NCBI GenBank assembly: GCA_001782235.1
Contig: MFOC01000002.1
Location: 106,912 to 170,911 of the forward strand
DNA from: Candidatus Levybacteria bacterium RIFCSPHIGHO2_02_FULL_40_18
GTDB lineage: Bacteria; Patescibacteriota; Microgenomatia; Levybacterales; GWA1-39-11
Length of the DNA stretch: 64,000 nt
Direction: 5' to 3'
Below the pieces are notes generated by a model, which made no database searches, was not told the DNA's origin, and saw only the letters and a program-made list of their open reading frames with translations. Shown piece after piece: positions 18,755 through 27,538 of this stretch. The translations under genes were made by a program, and so were the position numbers. Within the stretch, counting starts at the first letter, position 1; each line of letters opens with the position of its first letter.

Positions 18755-20500
18755 TCACTGGGTTTCGGCCAGGATCAGGGAGGTTTTGCCGTCAAGATAA
18801 GGGATCTCTTTTATTTTTGTCATTCCGGATCTTAACTCGTCGGGATTGAGAACATAAAGAGTATTGGGGTAAATTTTATCTTCGAGCGAACCAAATTCAT
18901 ACTTTCCTATCTTGTGCTCTTCTGCAAAACCACCCGAAACAGTTCCGCCTTGGGCTTGATATTTGGCTGGATCAATCTTATGTAAGTAAAGATAGAACAT
19001 GTAGCTTTCGAACAAACGATCTCGATTTGAAACAACAACTTTCTCATAATTTGATTCAATCCTTGCCGTCTCATCAAGTGCCGCAAGAACTCCATACTGG
19101 AAGTGTCTCGACAACTCACGAGGTACCAAGGTATAGTATGAATGGAAAAACCAAAGCGCAAAAATACCCGCAACAATACCTGACCCTACGAGAATTGCTG
19201 TTCGGTATTTCTTAAAATAATCTATAAAAACAATAAATCCAATTGCGGCAAATATTTGAGGCAATGGTAGGAAATTGAACGTTCTCATTGGGTGGGCGTA
19301 ACCGTTTGAAATTCCTCCCGGAATAATTGCGATCAATCCCCATGCTAGCAGAAAAATTAATGTCTTTGTGGGAAGTCCAATATTTCGGACAAATAAAAAC
19401 CCCAGGAAAATTAATGGCAATTCGAATAAATACAAAAGGCCAATTGTTGGAGCTTTAAACTGCTCTCCCCCCTCATTTATGAAAAGCCAGACGGGATCAA
19501 GGTGGGAAAGATACGCATGAGCAATAAGTCTTACTGATGCTACTTTACTATTATCGAAAATAGGGCCTAATAAATCACTTTCTACCCTATCAGTGTCAAG
19601 TCGTAACTTTTCCCTCATAAAATATTCTTCCGATGTTGACAATAAATTAGTACCTTTAAAACGGATGAGCGCGTTTTGATCAAATGATGTCGCAAGAATT
19701 GGAAGAGCTATAATAAATCCGATGATTATCGAAATAATTACAGTTTTTTTATTCGCTACCAGTGTTTTAAAGTGCAAAATAGCCAAAACCAATAGCATTA
19801 AAGGAATAACTATTTTTGTACTTTGATAAGAATCAAATGACAAAGCAAGAAATGCTGCTGATAAATACAAATTCCATCGCTCACGATTCAAAAACCTGAA
19901 AAAGAACAGAAGCCCAAAAATAAAAAATGCGTATGAGGCATTAACCTCATGACCTAACCGCGAAATATATACGTGCCAGGGAGAAATAGCCAGAAAAAGA
20001 GAGGTGAGAAGTGGGACGCTGGAAGCTGGATCTTGAAGTGAGGGGTGAGATTTTTTCTTCACACTTCCCGCATCATTATCCAGCTTCCCATTTCTAACTA
20101 CCCACATCTGAAATAGTTCTTTAAGCAGCCAATAAACAGCAATAACACTAAGGGTCGAAAGTATCACTGATGGAAGTCGAACGGCAATAACGCTTAAGTT
20201 AAACAACGCGATAAAAGGAATAACTAAATATACGTAGAGGGCGGGACGGTAGTCGTCATAAGCGCGAAGAAGTATCGGAAAATGGGTTCCATACTCATCT
20301 GCCCCTGTTTTTAAAATTGAATAGGCATTGTATCCAATTGAAACTTCATCAACTGTTGCTTGTGGTGGAACATTCGAAAGATTATAAAACCTAAAAAAAA
20401 TCGCAGTTAGAACAACTACCCCTAAGATTAGGTTCGAAAGTTTAATTTTCATGTCTTTCTTTATAGATATAGTATAGATAAGATTCGGGAGAACCTTCAA
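18755..20500 (-). CDS. GT39/ArnT-like (PMT_2) membrane glycosyltransferase
   Basis: VDEVSIGYNAYSI..GADEYG...DDYRPALYVYL loop-1 motifs. The start is probably Met17 (~20452). Confidence 0.65.
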   Translation of the reverse strand: MKVLPNLIYTISIKKDMKIKLSNLILGVVVLTAIFFRFYNLSNVPPQATVDEVSIGYNAYSILKTGADEYGTHFPILLRAYDDYRPALYVYLVIPFIALFNLSVIAVRLPSVILSTLSVIAVYWLLKELFQMWVVRNGKLDNDAGSVKKKSHPSLQDPASSVPLLTSLFLAISPWHVYISRLGHEVNASYAFFIFGLLFFFRFLNRERWNLYLSAAFLALSFDSYQSTKIVIPLMLLVLAILHFKTLVANKKTVIISIIIGFIIALPILATSFDQNALIRFKGTNLLSTSEEYFMREKLRLDTDRVESDLLGPIFDNSKVASVRLIAHAYLSHLDPVWLFINEGGEQFKAPTIGLLYLFELPLIFLGFLFVRNIGLPTKTLIFLLAWGLIAIIPGGISNGYAHPMRTFNFLPLPQIFAAIGFIVFIDYFKKYRTAILVGSGIVAGIFALWFFHSYYTLVPRELSRHFQYGVLAALDETARIESNYEKVVVSNRDRLFESYMFYLYLHKIDPAKYQAQGGTVSGGFAEEHKIGKYEFGSLEDKIYPNTLYVLNPDELRSGMTKIKEIPYLDGKTSLILAETQ

Positions 20501-21719
20501 AAAATTCTATTTTCTCGCCAGATTTAATTCTCCTCATTGTTTCCTCTTTATAATATGAGAGACTCCTCTGCTCAAAAGTTAAAAACTTATTAACGTTAAT
20601 ATAAGCATATACCACTATAATAAGCGTTGCTATAACTTTGAGCATTGGCAAAGGATTCGTAATAAGTCGATATAAAAAGTAAGATAGAATTAAAATTACA
20701 ATTGGTCTTCCTATGAGAAAATAGTAATCAGTTATCTCACCGCTATACAAAGATAAGATAAACCATGGAACCAAAAACCACAGTGCTGCCAAATAGATAA
20801 AAAGAATTCTATTACGATTTAATTTTTCTTTAAGATAAAATAATCCAAATATTGGCAATAAGAAAAATCCTAAAATTTTAAGCTGGGGGAAAAAAAGGAT
20901 TTGCTCAAATTGTATAAATGCATCGGAGATAAGCTGCATTACTCGTCTTAAATGTATCCCATGATAAAAGATACCAAGGTACGAGATTAGATCTCCTCCC
21001 CCTTTGTTAATTAGCATATGAATAATTGTAGGCAGCATAACTACTAAGAATGCCAAGATACCATAAGTAAGATATTTAGCCGATATTCGAGTTCTTGGAA
21101 AAAATGGTAACGTTAGGAGAATTATAAGAAGATAAAAAACTGATGTGAAATGCACGTGAAAGGATAACCCGAGTGCAATTCCTAACAACAAAAGATGTTT
21201 TTCACTACCAGTTATTGCTTTATACAAAGCGTAAAACATAAGTATTGAGACAGGAACCAGAAAATTAACAGTCCACTGAATTCTATCTGCGGTTACCGCC
21301 GCATAAGAAGCGGTATAAATTACCATGGCAATAAGCGCAAATTTTGTAGAGAATAGTTCTCTTGCAACAAAAAAAATCGCAAGCAGGGTGATAATCCCGG
21401 CCACGCCGGAGGAAACTCCTCCGGCAACGGGATCAAGGTTGGTAAAAAAATAAAATGCCGAAAGATAATAATAGTAAAGCGGACCCATAAAAATACCGCT
21501 GTTTAATCTTGCGGGGGTTCCAAGGAGCGGGACCTTTCCGTCAACTATAAAATTTTTTACAACCCAAGCATCATTTACTTGATCGATATGAAATTGATTT
21601 CTCTCCTCTATTTGGTAAAATCGCAAAAAGATAAAAAGAGCAAAAATAGCAATAAAGATTATCAATCCTCTTTTATCTCTCCCTATTTTTCTAAAATACT
21701 TTGCTATTCGACTTCGCAT
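20442..21719 (-). CDS. GT-C-like polytopic membrane protein (shorter ArnT/PMT_2-like)
   Basis: 425 aa, at least 10 TM segments; position and topology match the neighbouring GT39 paralogs. Confidence 0.45.
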   Translation of the reverse strand: MRSRIAKYFRKIGRDKRGLIIFIAIFALFIFLRFYQIEERNQFHIDQVNDAWVVKNFIVDGKVPLLGTPARLNSGIFMGPLYYYYLSAFYFFTNLDPVAGGVSSGVAGIITLLAIFFVARELFSTKFALIAMVIYTASYAAVTADRIQWTVNFLVPVSILMFYALYKAITGSEKHLLLLGIALGLSFHVHFTSVFYLLIILLTLPFFPRTRISAKYLTYGILAFLVVMLPTIIHMLINKGGGDLISYLGIFYHGIHLRRVMQLISDAFIQFEQILFFPQLKILGFFLLPIFGLFYLKEKLNRNRILFIYLAALWFLVPWFILSLYSGEITDYYFLIGRPIVILILSYFLYRLITNPLPMLKVIATLIIVVYAYINVNKFLTFEQRSLSYYKEETMRRIKSGEKIEFFEGSPESYLYYIYKERHEN

Positions 21720-21765
21720 CTTTCAACTCCCTGCCCGCAACGCTCTCGTTTGCGAGGAGGGCGGA

Positions 21766-23466
21766 TCATTTTTCGACAATTATTATCGCAGGTTTACCAT
21801 CAAGATAGTTTATTTTTTTAAGAGTTTTTATGTCTTGCGGAAAGTCTTCCGGCCGGCCAACATAAAGGTTTCCTGGCGGCTTTTTATTCCAGTCAATTGT
21901 TCGAAATTCGAATTTATCGAATCTATGTTCTTCTTTAAATCCTCCTGTTCGAGTCCCTCCTCCACTAAGATATTTACTAGGATCATATTTAAGATAGAAA
22001 AGCGCGAACATATATGATTGGTCAAGCGGCCGATCATTTGTTACAACTACTTTTCTATACTTGTCTGTGACAGGTTTTATGTATTCTATAGCCTGCTTCC
22101 AGCCGTACTGCCAAGATTCCGAATAGTAATAATTTTGTTGGACAAAATACTGATTAAAGAAATATAAAAAATTAAAAATAGCGAATAGCAAATAGCCAAC
22201 AGCAAATAGCTTTGTAATTTTTATACTGAATACTGAATACTGAATACTCGATACTGCCCGAAGCACGCTTATAATCCCCAATGCGACGAATACCTGAAAT
22301 GTTGGTAGAAAATTAATGGTGCGGACTGCATGTGGTACACCACTCGTAATTGATGCAGGGATTGGCGCAATCAAAAAAATCGCAAAAATTGTAAGTTTTG
22401 TTTTTTTATCGAATTTGCCGAAGACCAAAAGGTAAATCCCTATAAACAGAAAGGGTAATTCGAATAAATATAACAGTCCCATATTGGGAGCGTGATGCCT
22501 TTCAATATCTCCCGTTATAAACAGCCAGTTTAGATTGAAATGAGAAATATACCCAGCAATAACTGCTTTTGCATATTCTACTCTCCTATTGTCAACTATC
22601 ATTCCAATAATATCTCCTCGCTCAATATCATCCGCGTATTTAACCGCGTTTCTTTTAAGAAATTGTGTTTGATCGGAGAAAACACTCACGCCGCGAGCTC
22701 GCATCAATGCATTTTGATCGCCAAACAAAGCAAATAACATCGGGACAGACAAAATTGCTCCAACTAAAGCGGCAGAAACGAGTGTTGTTTTTGACACTTT
22801 GATCAAGTCCCTCCAATAAATAAGTGCAAGAACAAAAAATAGAATTGGCAAATATACTTTTTCGCTTTGATATATGTAAATGCTTGCAGAAGCAAGTACT
22901 GCTGACAGAAATAAATACATCTCTTTTTTCAAACCTTTAATGAAAAATAAGATTGAAAAGATATTAAGCGATAAACCCACTTGGGCCTCGAACGCAATTC
23001 GCGAAAACTGAAGATGCCACGGCGACAAAGCCAGCAATAAAGAAGTGAGAAGTGCGATGTTAGAAGCATTATCTAGCTTCCCATCTCTAACTTCCCACCT
23101 CTTAAAGAGTTCTTTAGCCAGAAAATATGTTCCTAATACTGCTAGTACACCGAATATTGCAGATGGAAGACGAACGGCGAAAGTATTTAAATCTAATAAT
23201 CTAATAAACGGAATAATTAAATATGCATATAATCCCGGTTTATAGTCATCAAAAGAACGCAGAATAACAGGCAAAAATTTACCATATTCATCTTTCCCTG
23301 TGGTCATAATTGAATATGCGTTATATCCTAGAGATACTTCATCCCAATCAGGAGAAGGAGGAACGTTCCCAAGCTGCCAGAAGCGTAAGACGATAGCAAT
23401 AATAACTATCGCAATCAAAGGCAAGTTCTTAATGTTTGTAAAGTTTATAAAGTTCTTAAAGTTCAT
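21766..23466 (-). CDS. GT39/ArnT-like (PMT_2) membrane glycosyltransferase
   Basis: DWDEVSLGYNAYSI..GKDEYG...DDYKPGLYAYL. The first ~11 codons (MNFKNFINFTN) are encoded by the TAAAGTT repeat element. Confidence 0.65.
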   Translation of the reverse strand: MNFKNFINFTNIKNLPLIAIVIIAIVLRFWQLGNVPPSPDWDEVSLGYNAYSIMTTGKDEYGKFLPVILRSFDDYKPGLYAYLIIPFIRLLDLNTFAVRLPSAIFGVLAVLGTYFLAKELFKRWEVRDGKLDNASNIALLTSLLLALSPWHLQFSRIAFEAQVGLSLNIFSILFFIKGLKKEMYLFLSAVLASASIYIYQSEKVYLPILFFVLALIYWRDLIKVSKTTLVSAALVGAILSVPMLFALFGDQNALMRARGVSVFSDQTQFLKRNAVKYADDIERGDIIGMIVDNRRVEYAKAVIAGYISHFNLNWLFITGDIERHHAPNMGLLYLFELPFLFIGIYLLVFGKFDKKTKLTIFAIFLIAPIPASITSGVPHAVRTINFLPTFQVFVALGIISVLRAVSSIQYSVFSIKITKLFAVGYLLFAIFNFLYFFNQYFVQQNYYYSESWQYGWKQAIEYIKPVTDKYRKVVVTNDRPLDQSYMFALFYLKYDPSKYLSGGGTRTGGFKEEHRFDKFEFRTIDWNKKPPGNLYVGRPEDFPQDIKTLKKINYLDGKPAIIIVEK

Positions 23467-23472
23467 AAGGTT
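23434..23472. repeat. TAAAGTT-unit element, half copy (reverse complement of the right arm)
   Basis: gtttgtaaagtttataaagttcttaaagttcataaggtt matches the reverse complement of the right arm of the 16781/17841 elements. Confidence 0.7.
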
Positions 23473-23815
23473 AAAGCGCCTTAATTAATCCTGACAACAT
23501 TTTTGATATAGTTATCGATTCTTGAAGTAATTTATCATACTGCCCACGAGTTATATATTTTAGTTCGAGAGCTATATGTAGCATAGAACGAAGTTCTCCA
23601 CAGGACCCTTTAGCTATGAACAGAAAATTACGAAATTCTTTATTGCCATTTCTTTCATAGCCTTCTGCAATATTGTTCATAACAGAAATTGCCGCTCTAA
23701 ATATTTGATCTCGAAAAGAGTAATCTTTACATGATCTAAAAATTCTATAAATCTCTATACATAAGTCTTTCGACTTCCGCCATGCAACAATGTCTTCGAA
23801 TGTTTTTATCGTCAT
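23471..23815 (-). CDS. four-helix-bundle protein (23S rRNA intervening-sequence protein family)
   Basis: 114 aa; AWRKSKDL...NIAEGYERN...AKGSCGELRS matches the IVS-protein family. Confidence 0.7.
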   Translation of the reverse strand: MTIKTFEDIVAWRKSKDLCIEIYRIFRSCKDYSFRDQIFRAAISVMNNIAEGYERNGNKEFRNFLFIAKGSCGELRSMLHIALELKYITRGQYDKLLQESITISKMLSGLIKAL

Positions 23816-23816
23816 A

Positions 23817-23852
23817 CTTTATAAACCTTATAAACTTGTAACTTTATAAACT
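23817..23852. repeat. TAAAGTT-unit element, half copy (reverse complement of the left arm)
   Basis: ctttataaaccttataaacttgtaactttataaact; supplies the stop codon of 23844..25517. Confidence 0.7.
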
Positions 23853-25517
23853 ATATGCTGCAAGGCTTGGTTCGCCGTTTAATAAATTAAAAGTTTTCAA
23901 GATTTTTACACCATCGGGAACATTTCCTCGCGTATCGATATAGAGATTATTTTTGCTTTTGTCTATATTATCTAAAACACTTTTTACAAACCTATACTTG
24001 CCGAATGACTTTACATGAACAAAGCCCAAAACCTCACGTTCAATTTTTGCTTCCTGTCGAAACTTATTCGGATCATATTGTTTATAAAACAGGACATAGA
24101 TGTATGGTCTTCCAAGTTCCTCGGTAAATATAACATTGTAGAATTTTGATTCGTTTGCACCGGTAAATTCTATGACCTCACGATACCCATATTGCCATTC
24201 TGACGAGAATTCTTTTGGATAATGCCTAAAATAATTATGTAAGAAATATGAAAAATTAAATAAAGCTAACAGCAAAAAGCCAAAAGCTAACAGCCTTACT
24301 ACATTCATACTGAATACTCGATACTGAATACTCGATACTTTTTGCCAAAGGCAAAAAAGACCGTATGCTGTCAGGATTTGGAATGTCGGTAATGTTGTTT
24401 CAATACGTAAGGCGTGAGGCGTCTCGCGGGCTGTTCCGGCGGGAATTATTCCAATAATTAGCCAATATGGAATAATCCACCAATTCCCCTCTCTTTTACG
24501 AAATAAAAATAAGATTCCTGCAATAAAGAACGGAATTTCAAAAATATACATCTGTCCAACATCTTGAATTGAGAACTTCGGATTTCCATCACCTTTGATA
24601 AAAAGAAATTCCGGCGAAAGGTTATCAAAGTAATGTTTTAAGTACTCTACGGCGTATCCAAATCTTCGATTATGTATAATTCGAGACCACCATGCATTAC
24701 CATCGTTCTCTATCTGCTGATTTGCCCGTTCGACAACTGTAGGGTCTGAAAAGATATTTACCTCCTGAAAACGAAGTTTTGCCTGCGGAGTAAGAAGAAA
24801 CATTAGAAGAGGAAGAAAGATAATGGCTCCAATGACTACCGATGTAAAAAAATGTATTCTCATGTTCTTAAGAATATGAGAACGATTCATAAACACTAGG
24901 CCCAGAAGAAGCAGGGGTGCGACTATTCTCGCCGTATTAAACGTATACATCGACACAACGAAGCATGTAATCGATAACGGCAGCAGCCACTTCGTCCACC
25001 TCCGAGGTGTACTAGCTTGGACATCTCGGGATTGTACCCCTAAAATAAACAGTAACACGGCAAGCACTATAAAGAATGTAGCAACGTTTGCTTCAAACGC
25101 GGCACGTGATAAAAGAATGTGCCATGGAGAAATCGTGAGTACCCCTGCTGAAAGTAACGCAAGAAGTGGACTTGCTCGTGGAAAAATTTTTCGAACAAGA
25201 AAATAGGTTAGCAAAACTGTCAGGATTCCAAAAAATGCCGAAGCAAATCTGGTTGAAAATTCGTTCAGGCCTAACAATTTTACCGGCAGGACTGATAAAT
25301 AAGCATAAACCGGCGGTTTGAAATCCCCAAATGACTCAAGATACGTTAAAGGCAGAAATCGTCCGAATTCATCACGACCACCAATGCCTATAGAATAGGC
25401 ATTGTAGCCCCATGAGGCTTCGTCCCAGGTTAACGAAGGAGGATTAGTAGAGATAGAAAAGAAACGAAGAAAAGAAGCAATAACTACTATCAAGATAGCG
25501 AACAATAAATTCTTCAT
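23844..25517 (-). CDS. GT39/ArnT-like (PMT_2) membrane glycosyltransferase
   Basis: LTWDEASWGYNAYSI..GRDEFG...GDFKPPVYAYL. Confidence 0.65.
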   Translation of the reverse strand: MKNLLFAILIVVIASFLRFFSISTNPPSLTWDEASWGYNAYSIGIGGRDEFGRFLPLTYLESFGDFKPPVYAYLSVLPVKLLGLNEFSTRFASAFFGILTVLLTYFLVRKIFPRASPLLALLSAGVLTISPWHILLSRAAFEANVATFFIVLAVLLFILGVQSRDVQASTPRRWTKWLLPLSITCFVVSMYTFNTARIVAPLLLLGLVFMNRSHILKNMRIHFFTSVVIGAIIFLPLLMFLLTPQAKLRFQEVNIFSDPTVVERANQQIENDGNAWWSRIIHNRRFGYAVEYLKHYFDNLSPEFLFIKGDGNPKFSIQDVGQMYIFEIPFFIAGILFLFRKREGNWWIIPYWLIIGIIPAGTARETPHALRIETTLPTFQILTAYGLFCLWQKVSSIQYRVFSMNVVRLLAFGFLLLALFNFSYFLHNYFRHYPKEFSSEWQYGYREVIEFTGANESKFYNVIFTEELGRPYIYVLFYKQYDPNKFRQEAKIEREVLGFVHVKSFGKYRFVKSVLDNIDKSKNNLYIDTRGNVPDGVKILKTFNLLNGEPSLAAYSL

Positions 25518-25543
25518 TTAATGCTATTATATACAATTTCAAC

Positions 25544-27535
25544 TCAGTTGATTTTCCAGATTTCGGTGTTGGCGTTTGAGTAGATTTTAGATAGACCTAG
25601 ATCTTGAGGAAGATAGGGAAGGTGTTCAATATAGTCTTCATACTTCACAAGATAAACATAATCGATATTCTTATTCTCAAGGATTTTTCTTGCGTCTTTG
25701 CTTGTTTTTGCAATGGAAAAAGAGAAATCAATTAAAGTTTCTTGGCCGCTCATGCGCCCAACGTAACTTTTAATTCCGCGAGCAGCCGCAGGTTTGTATT
25801 GAGTTTCGAATTTGCATCGAATGCAGTCCTTATCATATGCAAGCACTCGGCCTTTCGGAAGTCTTTCTAAAACACTAAGTCCGTCTACTTCGGTTTGACT
25901 AATATAATATTTCGAACCTAATAGAAAAATAAAGTACCAACTAATTAATAACAATAGAACAATTGAACAATAGAGCAATAGTTTTTTCTTTCTTTGAACT
26001 GTTCTGATGAACAATAAACCTGAAAAGAATAAAATTAAAGAAATTGGCATCTTATATTGCTCTAATCGAAACTTAATAGAAAAGGGAATATTAAATGAAA
26101 AATCAGAAAGCACTAATTCTTCAGGCGCAACATTGAACTTTCGATCATTCATGATCTTTGGAACTGAGATTTCTTCTGTTAGAATTTCGTTTTCGCGAAA
26201 GATAATGGACTCTTTTTCGAATTTAAGTTTTATGTAATTTCCCTCTCTAGAAATTGACTCCAAATTGCCGACGTTAATTTCCCTAACTGAATTTTTATCA
26301 TTCATATAGTCAATAACATAAGGAAGATTTATTGATAGATTGAATTGTTTATTTGGAGAAATATAAAACGGTTCCTGAAAATTATTTTGATAAGGTCTTA
26401 AATCAACTATTCGCAGCTTTCTCGAATTATAATCGTACACCAACCCTATTCTATAGAATGCGCTTTGATACCACATTGCCTTTTTCGGTGTCCCCAAAAG
26501 ATCATCGGCCTCAATAAAATGAGGGGGCATTACCTTAAATTCATTTCGATACCAGTTTGAAAACTGCTCCATCGTTAGTACTCTTACTCCCTGAGATTCG
26601 AATTCCCTAACTGAATCGAGGCGTTTTGCAAATATTGCTTCGTAGATATCCGGAGAGTAGTCGGCTTCAAGACCAATTGTTAAATGACCAAATTCATTGT
26701 ATTTATTTTGGACCGAGTATAATTCGATTAATCTTTCGAAGTACTCATCCGAGGCTCCGACTTGAGGATAATCTTGAACACTATAAAGGCTCGCCCCGTT
26801 AGAAAGATCTCTAACGGGGCTCGCTTGTTTTTCGCTCGGGCTTACATAGCCGTTCAATGGATCGCGCGCGGCCCATCTGAAAGTTACGATATCGAGCTTG
26901 TTGGGAGAATCACCCGGTATGCCGGCATGGATTTTACTCGGATAAAAAGGAATTGAATATGGTGTTCCCCAAACTTGATAATTATCTAAATCGAACTGAT
27001 CAGACAATCCCAGAACTCCGGTAATGCCGTATTTTTGCTTCATGTAGGAAAGCGAAAACGAATCCACCCACCACCCCCCAACAGATTTTGGGTAATAGCC
27101 GAATTTATTTTTAAATTCTGAAAAAACTTCATCAATTAACTTTTTTCTATCACCTTGCTTATGTCCTGAAAGAAAAAGAGCATTAGCATAGTGCCAGGAA
27201 TTTGTTTTGTTATAAGAAATCCCGGAAGCGTTCGAGAAGTTTTCTGTGACCTCAAGAAATATTCCTAACTCCTGTTTGCCATCCATTGAAGAAAAAATTT
27301 CGAATAAAGACACATCCGAAATAGCATCGTAAGTTAAAAGCCAGGTTGCGGAAAGATTACGCTCTGCTACAACATCGTATTCTTTTTTAAGACTTAAGGC
27401 AGGGTCTTTTGTGTAAGAAGATATCCTTACCGGATTAACGATTGTTATGAAAGATTCTTTTCTTTGAGCAAAAACATAAGTTGAGGAGAAAATGAAAAAA
27501 ACGAGTATTAATAAAAGCTTGAAAATATAAGACAT
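25544..27535 (-). CDS. large hypothetical protein: signal peptide, extracytoplasmic domain, two TM segments, C-terminal cytoplasmic domain
   Basis: 663 aa. An N-terminal hydrophobic segment and two TM segments near aa 495-540; no recognisable catalytic motif. Confidence 0.35.
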   Translation of the reverse strand: MSYIFKLLLILVFFIFSSTYVFAQRKESFITIVNPVRISSYTKDPALSLKKEYDVVAERNLSATWLLTYDAISDVSLFEIFSSMDGKQELGIFLEVTENFSNASGISYNKTNSWHYANALFLSGHKQGDRKKLIDEVFSEFKNKFGYYPKSVGGWWVDSFSLSYMKQKYGITGVLGLSDQFDLDNYQVWGTPYSIPFYPSKIHAGIPGDSPNKLDIVTFRWAARDPLNGYVSPSEKQASPVRDLSNGASLYSVQDYPQVGASDEYFERLIELYSVQNKYNEFGHLTIGLEADYSPDIYEAIFAKRLDSVREFESQGVRVLTMEQFSNWYRNEFKVMPPHFIEADDLLGTPKKAMWYQSAFYRIGLVYDYNSRKLRIVDLRPYQNNFQEPFYISPNKQFNLSINLPYVIDYMNDKNSVREINVGNLESISREGNYIKLKFEKESIIFRENEILTEEISVPKIMNDRKFNVAPEELVLSDFSFNIPFSIKFRLEQYKMPISLILFFSGLLFIRTVQRKKKLLLYCSIVLLLLISWYFIFLLGSKYYISQTEVDGLSVLERLPKGRVLAYDKDCIRCKFETQYKPAAARGIKSYVGRMSGQETLIDFSFSIAKTSKDARKILENKNIDYVYLVKYEDYIEHLPYLPQDLGLSKIYSNANTEIWKIN

Positions 27536-27538
27536 TAT

